Below, piece after piece: positions 49,071 through 64,000 of a DNA stretch of 64,000 bases; the first letter of the stretch is position 1, and each line of letters opens with the position of its first letter. The notes beneath the pieces are model-generated. The model was not told where the DNA came from. It searched no databases and was given only the letters and a program-made list of their open reading frames with translations. The position numbers were made by a program, and so were the translations under genes. The stretch is from Entomortierella parvispora E1425 (lineage: Eukaryota > Fungi > Mortierellomycota). The stretch is from NCBI GenBank assembly GCA_020891255.1, contig BQFW01000002.1, forward strand, positions 1,736,001 to 1,800,000, read 5' to 3'.

Positions 49071-52000
49071 ATGTTATCGCCGCAGGGTCAAGAGCAGCAA
49101 CAGCAGCAGGATCAGCAACATACCCATAAACAGTCTGCAGGACCCCTATCTGACTCTCGCATTTCTGCCCTGTCATCTGCACTATCGACAACCACACCCA
49201 ATGATCCACCCACCTTGGCCCTCGTAGCAGATCCTTCCTCCACCTCACCGAATATGCACGCGTCCGCCGCCCCCTCTGGGGCATCACCCGCGGCCGCTCA
49301 TATCGCAACCGCGACCGTCCGCTCTACGCCAACCTTCTCGGGATCAGATGTCTTTGCCACGTCTCAGGATCCGTCACAGCATCTCAACCAGCCTCCGCTG
49401 GAAACCCCCTACTTCACCCCTAAGGCGGTCTGGAGCGAACCTCGAGGCGACTACTTTGCGACTGCAGCCTCGACCCCGGCCCCAGGGCACCATCCTCTCT
49501 CCTCTGCGTTTCAGACACCTGCAGCTTCCTTTGAGTATTTTCCCTCCTCTGCAGATCAGCAAATCAACAGCAACAGTGCGGATCATCCACCGTCGTCGAC
49601 GGGTTTTCAACTTGCACCAAGTACCCCCCTCCAGCTCTCGCTGCCTCGCGCTGTGCCAACCAATGCTGGCCCAGGCGGAGCATGGGCACCTTATCCAGGC
49701 GCCAAGATGTCGTCGGCTTCTGATCGCACGGGATCTCTTCCCAGTATACCCTCGCATAGGAACAGTTTATCCATGACCATGCCCATGTCCGCGTTGATGT
49801 CAACACCGGGCGGCATGTCGATGCCTGCACGACCTCTCTCGCAGTCAAACTCTTCGTCATCGATTCCCACAGCTCTTCTCGCAGAGTTAAACTTGAAAGA
49901 AATGGGCGAAATTGCAGTTTCTGAGCTTCTTGAGAAGGTGCTCAGTGGTAACGACAAGAATGCCGTCATGATGCTCGATATGCGTCCATCCATGTCCAAT
50001 GCAGCGTCATCCATCAAGACCGCTGTGAGCGTCTGCATACCCAACATGCTCCTAAAGCGCCCTGTGTTCTCCCTGCAAAAGGTGACTGAGCAATTGACAT
50101 CAGAGCAAGACATGGAGACGTTTTCCCGGTGGAGACAGTTTGCCACCATTGTTCTCTTTGACGCTTCTGGCGCAGTGCCAACAGTGGGCTCGCCAGCACT
50201 CATCATGGCCCAAAAATTCCGCAAAGAAGGATGTAACGCGGCTCTGGGATATCTCCAAGGTAAGGCCATCGAAACACTAAACGGGAGATTTTTTAGTCTA
50301 TGATTTGAACTAGATGATACTCAACCCATTGGCCCTCTCTCCCCATTTTGTTCTATTTTTGTTGTTCACTGAACTAGGTGGCTTTAACACGTTCCTGGCC
50401 CGTCACGGCGGTCAGTGCAGAACGGATAGTGGTTCATCAGGAGAACAGGAGTCTTCAAAGATGGCAATGAGTGGTGTCAGTGCTTCTCTCGCAATGCCTC
50501 CACCGCCAAATCCCATGTCCATCGTATCACCTCCACGGCAACGCTTGCATCTCGGATCACTGCCTTCTATGATTACTCAGCTGCCAGAAGGGACTCTTGG
50601 ATGTCAAACACCGATGCTTGAGAACCCTAACGTGAACCCACTTTACGAGAGTGTTCGGCAATCCATGGGGCTTAGCACGGATATTACCGAAGAGATTCCA
50701 GTGCGGATGCCAATGGGCTTTACTCTGAACACGATGCGGGGCCACCTGCCTGAATGGTTGGTGTCGGCCGTGAGCGATGGAACGGGCAAGGCCAGATTGG
50801 CCGAGCATTTTCAGGTACGGCTTTTGATTTTTAGGGGCCCTGATTACCGAAACAGGACAAAAAGAAATATCAGCTGACGAATGCCTAAAATACCTAATAG
50901 AAAGTGGAGATCAGCGAAAGCAAACGTATGGCGCTGCTCATGTCGCCTCAGATCATGCGATCCGGCAAGACGACTCATTTCAGCATCAGTGCCGGCATTG
51001 AACAGGGACTTAAGAACCGATATAACAACATCTGGCCATATGATCATACACGCGTTATGATTTCAGAGCTGGATCCTGGTCACGACGACTACATCAATGC
51101 ATCGTTCTTGACACCGTTCCTCAGCAAGAAAAAGTACATTGCCACGCAAGGTCCTTTGCCGTTGACGTTCCAGGATTTTTGGAAGATGACATGGGAGCAA
51201 CGGTCAAGGGTAGTAGTGATGCTGACTCGTGAGAAGGAGATGGGCAGGATCAAGTGCCATCAGTACTGGCCGTCAGCTGCGGAGCCCGTAATGGAAGTTG
51301 GCGCCATGCGAGTGACATTTGTCACGGAATTTCTACCGGACCCGACTGTTGGCACGATCCTTGTGCGGCAATTGAAGATCCAGCATCGACTCAAGCCAGA
51401 GCTAGGAGAGCGGTCGATTACTCAAATTCAGTACACTGGCTGGCCTGATTTTGGTGTGCCCGAGACGCCGCTCGAAGTACTTCGTGTGATCCAGTTGGCA
51501 AACGAACACAACAACACTGTAGAATCGCCGGGTCCAATGGTTGTGCATTGCTCAGCAGGATGTGGGCGGACGGGTGCGTTTTGTGTGATTGATTCCATTT
51601 TGACAGAGCTGGAGGTACATCCCGAGGCGGTCATGAACCCTGTGCCTACCATCACAAGCGCCAGTGCCAGCAGTAAGCCTAGGCTATCCTTGTCAAGCCG
51701 ACCTTCCCTTGAATTCTCTCTCTCCACGAACGACCGTGTCAAAAGTGCGTTGACTATGACCAGCAGCAATAGCAACGCCAGTACTGCGCCAAAGGCGGAG
51801 GATCCTACGACAGACATTGTTTTTGCAAGCGTAAGCGGTTTGAGAGAGCAGCGAGTGTCCATGGTCCAGACATTGCGCCAATACGTTTTTTGTTACGAGG
51901 CCATCTTTTGGCATATGGCGGTACAGTTCACGAAGGAGAAGCCCAATTTGGGCCTCATGGTCTTGCCACCTCCACCTTTGGCTGTGCATACACCTCTCTT

Positions 52001-52094
52001 GCCTGTAGCCCATTCCATGACATCAAACCCTGCTCTGTCCATGGGTAACGCCCCCATCTCTACAACTACAGAGGAGTTTTCGTTCTTTGGGTAA
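49071..52094 (+). CDS. Protein tyrosine phosphatase with N-terminal rhodanese-like domain (Ptp2/Ptp3/Pyp1-type MAPK phosphatase), 3 exons
   Basis: Rhodanese-like segment LDMRP..SIKTAVSVCIP..LLKRP..LQG|GFNTF. PTP motifs KNRYNNIWPYDHTRV, DYINAS, YIATQGP, WPDFG, VHCSAGCGRTG, QRVSMVQTLRQY. Confidence 0.93.
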
Positions 52095-52321
52095 AACGCC
52101 ACGAACAGACATACTTCTAGTCCATATCTCCTTTCCCATTCCGGCAATCAGTCTATTTTATCATTCCTTTCATTTTCAAATTGCCGCTACACTACGCCAA
52201 GAGAAGAGCACACACCCCGCACCCCCTGTAATAATAATTTACGGTCGCGATAATGCCGACTGTTCAAGTGCCAGGATTAAATGCTGACTTCTGCCTGCCT
52301 CGTTTCCCTGAGGGGGGATCT

Positions 52322-53980
52322 TCAAGTACTTGAACAAATGGTTCTTTGAATCTTGGATGCCTGTGAGTTACAAAAAAGTACTCCGGGGTTAGTGATTTGT
52401 TGGAGATGCGAGTCATCAGCATAAGTTGGATCATCTTACAAGTTGCGCAAAATTTGGATTCGCGAGAATATGGTCGATTGCCTTTTGTAGATCTTCATCC
52501 GACATGTTCAGCAATTGGTCAAAGTCGCCACCTCGACTGGGGTTCGGGATAAAGTCTGGTCCCTGAAGTACTGGGGTCGATTGAGAACCATATTGAGGGG
52601 TAGCAGAGGTCAATGGCCCAGACTGCTGAGTGAGTACTCCACAATCCTGACTCTGAGAAAGAACGCCTGCACGACCAAGTCTACTCTCTGTTCTCTGCAA
52701 TCTTTCGCCAAGTCGACGAGACTCTGTGTTCTCTGCACTGCTGTTGTGATTGCTTGTTGTGCGACATTCGATAAACAGCGAAAGGATGGATGCGCATTGA
52801 CCACAGTCCTGTTGAGATCGGAACTTGACCTGGAACTTGCGGGTCTGTTCGGTTCAAGAGGAGGGTAAGTAGAGTGGCGTATCTTTCAACTCGCATGATC
52901 CAAGTTGCTACCAATCTCGTAGGACGAGCGAGTTCCCTTTTTTTTCTTCTTTACCTCAACGACATTAGATCCAGGAGAAAGGTAGTTGTAACGAAATCCA
53001 ATCATGCTTCCTTTGACAAGTCCTTTGAGTTTCGTTTGTCGTAGGCTGTTTGTGTCAAGGCCAATGCAATCCTAGTGCAAAGAAATACGAGGGATACGTC
53101 AGTTCGTTTAAAATTCTAAAGACTCCGCCCTTCCCTCCACACCATGTTGTTGTTCAATGTCCACTCTTTGTTGTCCGGTCTCAAAAGCGTTTCTGAGTCT
53201 AACGTTGTAACAGAAAAGAGATAAAGCGTTCATGATACGGTACTAGAGTCGTTTTCCCAGATTGAATCAGTAGCTCAGGACCAGGTTCTTGTTCCTGAGC
53301 ATCGAGTGAGCTAACGCCAGACCTTGGACCAGGTTGTGCTAATGATATGGATAATGTCGAGTTGGTCTCTCTCATGTATCGACATTTCAAGTGTTTGTTG
53401 ATCAAGAAGGACAATGGACATCTTTGGAGATAACATTCCCCAACTTTCTTTTACAGTCCCCCTATTTTTCCTTTGCATCATCAGCGTCATCACGGATGAG
53501 AAACGGTTGCAAACCTTGAGTAGCAAAGTTACTTGTGCGTGAACTCGCTGAGATAGAACGGTGGATCTTCAAGGTGACAGAATGTTGCGGAGCAGAGAGG
53601 TGAACCCAGGTGGATTGTTCCTTTGTCTCGGCCACCGATTGACCGAATCCAGAAGGGCGAGACCGGGTAACGGAGCCACCCTTGCCGCCACCAAACCCCA
53701 CTTCAAGGTCAGATTGTGGAAGTGGGGTTTGCAAATACCCTGGCTCAGGACGATCAGGCCATCGTCCACCTGCTGCAGTAGGAGGCGCCAGAGCAGAGGA
53801 AGATACTCCAAAGTGAAGCTCTGGCTGTTGCAGATTTGTTGTCGAATCAGCCAATGAGCCTTTGCCGACAGGGGCGGCGACCGGGCAGTGCTTTGAGAAC
53901 CTCTCGAGCACAAAAACAGCAACGCTGTATGGAGGAGACGGATGTGGAGGAAGAAGAGCAGGGGGGTGGAGAGTGGACAT
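52322..53980 (-). CDS. REC114: REC114-like meiotic double-strand-break protein, 5 exons, 367 aa (largely absent from the ORF track)
   Basis: Exons 53980-53533, 53338-53244, 53071-52955, 52844-52440 and 52360-52322 total 1104 nt, in phase, with no internal stops. PH-like motifs FVLERFSK, TWVHL, VKGSMIGFRY, TRKFQVKFRSQQDCGQCASIL. C-terminal MSDEDLQKAIDHILANPNFAQLASKIQ resembles the REC114 MEI4-binding helix. The gene model is solid; the family call comes from motif recall. Confidence 0.72.
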
Positions 53981-54409
53981 GGAGTTGAGACAGGGAGCGG
54001 ACGAAGGAAGAGACCAAGGAGCTAATGATTCCGAGTCTGTGTCTGCTGATCTCATCCTCTGTCCCGTCCCTGTCCTGTGCTGCCCTGCAGTCATGGAGTG
54101 GCGGCCACAAACAGCGCGCCGTCCGGGGACGATCAACTCGCCGACTGACATCCAATAATGATCGAATTCTGACACTCTGAGACATCCGTCTTTCGTCTTT
54201 CCGGTCAAAGCGAGCCAAGGTGGGGGTCATCTGGCTCTGGACGGACGGGCCAATCACCCGCCGGACTGATATTTTGTTTTGTTGTCTGGTTCTCTTCCTC
54301 ATCACTTGCTTTCCTCTTTTCCTTTTTGTTTCTTCTTCTTCACTTATTACTTCCCCTCCCCTCCCCTCCCCACTCCACCTTCAACGTTCACATCTTCATA
54401 CACATCACA

Positions 54410-54796
54410 ATGGCCGAAAAGCAACCACAGCAGTTCCACGCCAGCTCTCGTCAACCCATCATCGCCGTTGACACCTCCGCTACCGCCCCAACAGCTGCCT
54501 CGGACTCTATCCAGCCTATGGCCATCCCTGGCGCTGGTCGTGCCTTGACCACAGATGAGCCTATCTCGCCCACCAGCCCCTCAAAGTCTCTTGGAAAGAA
54601 GACCGGCACCCGCTCCACCTTTTGCCCAAACACCCTTCGCAAGGGCACCAAGCTCACGGAAGAAGACTACGAGCACCACGAGAAGGTTGATCCTCAGCCC
54701 ACTGGTTGGCTCCAGATGTTGGGACTGAAGAAGTCGGCCAACTTTGGCGAGGCTATCGACAAGGGCGATGAGCCTCATCATCAGTCTTACTACTAG
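54410..54796 (+). CDS. Small hydrophilic protein of unknown function, 128 aa
   Basis: acaATGG context after a CT-rich leader, strongly C-ending codons, intronless. MAEKQPQQF...RSTFCPNTLRKGTKLTEEDYEHHEKVDPQPTGWLQMLGLKK...HHQSYY*. Confidence 0.7.
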   Translation: MAEKQPQQFHASSRQPIIAVDTSATAPTAASDSIQPMAIPGAGRALTTDEPISPTSPSKSLGKKTGTRSTFCPNTLRKGTKLTEEDYEHHEKVDPQPTGWLQMLGLKKSANFGEAIDKGDEPHHQSYY

Positions 54797-55751
54797 GCAA
54801 TACACTACGAAACATATTAAAGTCGGACGAACAAAGGATAAAAGTATTAGTGCCTTGTGGCTGGATCGAACCGGTTTGGATGCTACCACTACTTGTTGAC
54901 TATTATTGTCAAAGAGTGCGGGAAAAAAATAATACCCACAGCAACACCAACAATAACAACAACAATGACATGACCAAGGCCGCCTTTATGTTCTTCCGTT
55001 GAAAATAAGCCAGCGCTCGCATGAGCAAAGAGGCGTTTGGGGGACATCGTAATGCCGAAATAGCCTGACCTTCTGCTTTGTTTCGCTCTCGAGTTTTTTC
55101 TATTTTTTTTCTATTTTTTTTATTTTTTATATGGTGTATTCCTCTTTCATGTAAGCGCGTTGTTTGGAGGATCGGCACTAGATCGTGCTGTCATGGATAA
55201 CAAGCGAACGTGGGGATAGAGTCATGACACCCCGCCCCGTTCGATCATAACAAAATGAGCCCCAGACGCGTCGCGGAACAGAAAGACGGACCAGAGCAAC
55301 AAAAAAATAAAGGGCAAGCGAGATCCGATCAGCACCGAGGACAAAGTGGTGATTGGGTGCAGACAGAGAGATGTTGCATGCTCTCTGTCGTTGAACACCA
55401 CACGGCAGGTCTGTTTCTGAAGCAATTGGGTGATCTCGACGTTGCAGAGTAGACGACGGTTCCGGTTAATCTTCAATAAGAGGGCCCATCTTGTCCAGGA
55501 TACCGGGTATCTCTCCTAGATAGGCTACGGATGTGTGTGGGGATGGGCGGAACGAGCTGTGGGAGGATGCCCCATTAAAAAACAGCATCAAGGTTAAGGC
55601 CTGGCTCGGGACACGCCTTACTGCAGTGTGTCCTGGGCGCGTCATTTTATGATTCGATGTTTCTGCTGGCGGCTGAAATACCTTTTCCTGCCCTCCTTCA
55701 TCCCTTTCTCTCTTTTCTCATCAACCCCCATCGACCCCAGAATCGACCGCC

Positions 55752-58395
55752 ATGGACGACTCGAAACATCACAGCTTCGTCCAGTCCGCGTTCAACGCTC
55801 TGGACCACAACAACGACGGGGCCATCAATGCCAAAGATCTGCTCTCTGTCTATGCGGCTACATTCCCAGTACCCGAGCCTGGACATGCGGCCCTTGATGA
55901 GGTACAGACAGCACCATCTCTCCTTTGCACACAGGGCGAGGCACTGGACCCAATGCATTGAAGGAAAATTGGGCGGCATTGAACTCTTTGTTCTGCAGAT
56001 CTTGCACAATGCACCAAGGGCGCGCTCTCCATGGCAATGCATCGCTGTGTCCTCGGTGCTGTTGGAAAGGGACTTACTCGGAGGGCAGCAGCGCTATCCG
56101 CACAGGACCACCTCCTTCCTCACTTCTCTGCTTAGCTTGTTTCCCAGCATGTCAATCACTCCATATCATACACAGTCATATAAGGATGAGAGACTGACTG
56201 CCCCTGCCGCCTGCCCTGCACCTTCCCTCCCTAATCTAACGTTTTCCTGGGATAACTCTAGGCCACCGCCAATGCCCTTATTTCCATTGCCTCAGGTTCA
56301 TCGCCCACTGACGGACAGGAATCACCTTCTATTTCGTTTCAGGACTTTCAGCACTTTTTGAAGATCCATCGGATAGAAGTCATCCCATCTGGCAAGGAAT
56401 GGAGCCGTGAGAGTTTAGAGACGTTATTAAGGGATTTGACGCAGGTCAAGACGTCCGTTTCGGATAGTCTTCATCAGGAAGAGATAGCTGGTAAGGTGAT
56501 GCGATAAGCGAAAAAAAAGAGGGATCGGAAGTGCGTTTTTGCGTGCTTTTCTCGCTCAGGGTTGAGGTTTGTGCTCAACAACGAAAGGTCAGGAGAAGGA
56601 GGCGGACTGTTTTTGTTTTGAAGGCGAGGGTTGCGCTACCAACTGACCCAGTGGCTGTTGAATTGCTGGAGTCTTTGATTCTTGGGAACACAACTGAACT
56701 TGGGCCATCTTTGGTCCTGGTTTCGACTCTGCACAGTGCTGTCTTTTCATTCGAAGCTTTGGGTGTTGTCTTTGTACTTTGCGGCCAACCATCTGCCTCT
56801 ATCGGCGCACGTCTCAAGCTGATTGGAGCAGAGGCAGTATATGCAGGAGATTCACTCAAAAGCAACTATGCATACTAACACATTAAACATGGGCATCTCC
56901 TCTAGCCAAGGCAGCCGCTCAGAAGACACCTGCGAAGAGTGACCTAGGGTCATTGGAGTCATTCAAACGCGTGATTACAAGCGACACTGTCAAACACTTG
57001 ATTGCAGGAGGAGCTGCTGGAGCTGTCAGTCGTACTATTGTCAGTCCTCTCGAGCGTATGAAGATTCTGTTCCAGGTACGCTGGGTGTTTGTTTTCTGTT
57101 GGACTTCAAAACTGGAGCACCTTTCACTGAGATCGTTAAATCATTCTTTGAAACTTTTGCTTAGGTTCAAGGACCAGAGCCTGCCAACTATCAGGGGGTA
57201 ATTCCCACGCTACGCAAAATGTGGGTTGAGGAGGGCATGGTCGGGTTCATGCGCGGAAACGGTACGAATGTCATTCGAATCGTTCCCTACAGCGCCGTTC
57301 AATTTGCTAGTTATGAACAGTTTAAGAAGGTATGTCTGCGTTATTGTCAAAGGAGGAGAAGTAGCCGTGCAAGAACAATTACGATGCTGTCCCATAGTTT
57401 TTGCTTTTACTGACTATGTTTCTAATTGGCGTTGTAGTTGCTGATGGATCCTGCAAAGCACGACCTCGACACACCCAGACGTTTGGCAGCTGGAGCACTG
57501 GCAGGATTGACATCTGTGGCATGCACGTACCCTCTCGATATTGTTCGCACGCGTCTTTCGATTCAATCAGCTCAAATGGCAAAGTCAAAGGAAGTGCAGG
57601 CAAAACTTCCAGGCATCTGGAAGACAATGGTCATCATTTATACAAAAGAAGGAGGCATCGTTGGATTATATCGCGGACTCGGGCCTACTCTGACTGTATG
57701 ACTACTTTGTATTTCTATCTGCAGCACAACATGGCACAATGGCGACAATGCTGATGCATTATGATTTATCTGCTCTCTCACATCTGCTTATGAATAGGGT
57801 GTTGCTCCATATGTCGCGCTCAACTTTCAAGCATATGAAGTCCTTCGTGCCCATCTCACACCTCCTGGAGAGACCTCGCCTTCTGTCGGGATGAAGCTTG
57901 TGTGCGGCGCGTTGGCAGGTAGTTTTGCTCAAACTATAACCTATCCTTTGGACGTGCTTCGCCGCAGAATGCAAGTTACAGGAATGGCCTCAGTGTCTTA
58001 TAAGTACAGCTCCACATGGGATGGAGGTAAGTAAATCGGATTTTTCTCTTAGCCCTTGTCCATTTTGCGTCGTATTCCTTAGACACGGCTTTGACAAAAG
58101 TATCTGGCTCTGCCATTTTATTGCACCGTTACAGTGAAAAAGATTATTAAGCAAGAGGGTGTGCGAGGACTTTACAAGGGCATGGTACCCAACTATCTTA
58201 AAGGTAAGATCGCTTGATCCCATAGTATTGATATACCACTGACTTACAAATACGCGTCGAACACAGTTTCAATTCTGACCCTTCTTTCAATTCTCCTAAT
58301 CCATCTTAGTGGCGCCCGCAATTTCAATATCCTTTGTTGTGTACGAGCAGTGCAAGCAGGTGCTTATCGGAAAGAAGACCACTGCTGGAATGTAG
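55752..58395 (+). CDS. Mitochondrial carrier (SLC25; YPR011C/ADNT1/SLC25A42-like) with predicted N-terminal EF-hand pair, 8 exons, 451 aa
   Basis: Carrier signatures [30 protein letters not shown]. Exons 55752-55901, 56262-56490, 56906-57075, 57165-57329, 57438-57695, 57798-58026, 58135-58203 and 58310-58395 join in phase (1356 nt). The carrier part is high confidence; the join to the EF-hand exons is moderate. Confidence 0.8.
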
Positions 58396-58540
58396 ATGCT
58401 GATAAAAGGTGCCTGCACCATCCCGTAGACCTCTTTATTGCCCATTTTTTTTCTTTTTTGACGATATCCTCTCCTCTCCACGAAAATAAATATCACGTAG
58501 AAATTACGATAATATACAAACAGTGACATCAACCATATAA

Positions 58541-58552
58541 TATCACGTGATA
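58541..58552. promoter_or_regulatory. Perfect 12-bp palindrome TATCACGTGATA (E-box/Cbf1-type bHLH site) upstream of ATP20
   Basis: Lies 140 bp before the ATG. A partial direct copy AATATCACGT sits at 58489-58498 and GGGCCCGCCC follows at ~58577. Function is inferred only. Confidence 0.4.
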
Positions 58553-58692
58553 CATATGTTTTCCAAGTTTTTTAACGGGCCCGCCCGTCCTGGCTTTCAG
58601 GCACCGGAGCAAAAAGCCTCGAGCATCACATTCACTTTGCATCCTTCCATCCATTTGCATTCTCCACTCCACCCCATACCCTTGTCATCGCC

Positions 58693-59600
58693 ATGAACAA
58701 CGTCACCAAGACCCTCACCAACGCCAGCTCGACTGCTACCAAGCTTTCCGGTAGGTCGATGTCCCTCTTTCTGTTTATTTCCCATGCTTTTTGCAGATCC
58801 GATAGATTGGGAAACAATACAAGGGGGAGCTTCAACAGTGTCATCTTCTCGGGATTTGTCCTTGCCGTTTGGAAGACGATGGCAACCAGAACTGCAGATC
58901 GGCATCAGCAATGCAGGACCCTGGATAGAGAGGTTATCGTTCGGCCATGGATGCAAATACAAAAGCCGCATCGCCTTACCACGACTAGGGATTTATCCTC
59001 CCCGAGGTTGAGGGACGGGCGATGGCGGAATGTTGACCTCTCTGCTCGGGGTCTAAAGCAAAGCAAAAGCAAGCAAGCCAGCCACTCGCTTGCTTTTCCT
59101 TGCTCCTCTTTCCTCCACCCCCTTTTTTTTATCTCCTTTGAGAGAACTGCTTCACCATGGACAAGGAAGGCTCTTTGCGAAACTCAGGCTCAGGGCGACA
59201 CCCAGCCTCAGGGCACACCCAGCCACTCAAAAAACGCTGTCTCGATTCATCCCCTGACTCTGACACTTCTATTTGAATCGGTTCTTTTTGTGTGTCAATA
59301 GGCCCCATCTTCTACAACGCCAAGGTCGCTGGTCAGATTGCCAAGCAGGTCTACATTCGCGAGGGTATGGCTCCCCCCACTGGTGCCCAGTTCGAGACTG
59401 CCAAGGAGGCTTCCTTGAAGTTCTTGAAGTCGGCCCGCTCCGCCTCCACATGGAAGAACATCTCCAAGGATCAGTACTTGAAGGCTGGTTTGGTCGCTGC
59501 TGAGGCTTACACCTTCTTCCTCTTTGGAGAGATCATTGGACGCAGGAACTTTGTCGGCTATGATGTCCAGAGCGCCGATAGCCACGCTGAGCACCATTAA
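58693..59600 (+). CDS. ATP20: Mitochondrial ATP synthase Fo subunit g, 2 exons
   Basis: Exon 1 58693-58750, a 551-nt intron, exon 2 59302-59600: GPIFYNAKVAGQIAKQVY..EGMAPP...AAEAYTFFLFGEIIGRRNFVGY (GxxxG motif GEIIG). Confidence 0.93.
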
Positions 59601-59846
59601 ATTATCCTACCCTCCTCTCTTTACATTATTTCGCTGAAAAGATCCCATAAGAACAAAAAAGACTTTTGCATTTTCTCGACAAGAAGTCGAGAAAAAAATA
59701 TACACTTTTTTTCATTTTGTTAAACCCATGGTCCGGTTTTTTGTCAGGGGCAAAGGAAGGAGCGCATCCGATCTGATGAACAACAAAAAAAAAAAAAAAA
59801 CAGCGCAAAAATCGTAGATATTTTAATATGTTTTTTCTCTATGATA

Positions 59847-63894
<4,048 letters not shown>

Positions 63895-64000
63895 CTGCAA
63901 AAAGGGCAAAAAAGAGCAACGGGGGGTACAAGTTGGTTAGCATTGAAGAGTCCTTATTTGGCGTGTGAAAACCATCGTCCTCCTGGAAGACGTGTGACAA

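Noticed and set aside
55925-56361. ORF-track frames (55657-56361, 55925-56197) and 56531-56878 as separate genes
   Set aside because: They fall inside introns 1 and 2 of the phase-consistent carrier model, which has better branch points (CTAAC ~56236, TACTAAC ~56873). Alternative-exon use is not excluded.

Overview
This is eukaryotic DNA from an intron-rich fungus. About 50% GC, GT-AG introns with CTAAC-type branch points, CT-rich 5' UTRs, poly-A/T runs and the gene set point to Mortierellaceae (Mucoromycota); that taxonomy is my inference. The ORF track fragments almost every gene, so I rebuilt the models by hand from splice signals. I can support 21 protein-coding genes: tetraspanin, IPK1, serine dehydratase, TPS2-like, GDA1, FHIP, a Zn2Cys6 TF, a Gly-rich secreted protein, an HSL-family hydrolase, an O-fucosyltransferase, MIOS/SEA4, REG1-like, NADH-cytochrome b5 reductase, a USP deubiquitinase, Rab7, a rhodanese-PTP, REC114-like, a small unknown protein, a mitochondrial carrier, ATP20, and a 5'-truncated SAM-kinesin-13. 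There are also two identical tRNA-Lys(CTT) genes. The most unusual structure is a ~282-bp, ~98.6% identical inverted repeat (38071-38352 / 40459-40739). Each arm carries a complete tRNA-Lys plus 190 bp of upstream DNA that doubles as the likely promoter of the b5 reductase, and the arms enclose 2.1 kb of decayed or cryptically spliced sequence. Two genes invisible in the ORF track also stand out: a five-exon REC114-like meiotic DSB gene, and a YPR011C/ADNT1-type mitochondrial carrier that appears spliced to an N-terminal EF-hand pair. I saw no CRISPR, rRNA or transposase. Family names come from motif recognition; no database searches were run.
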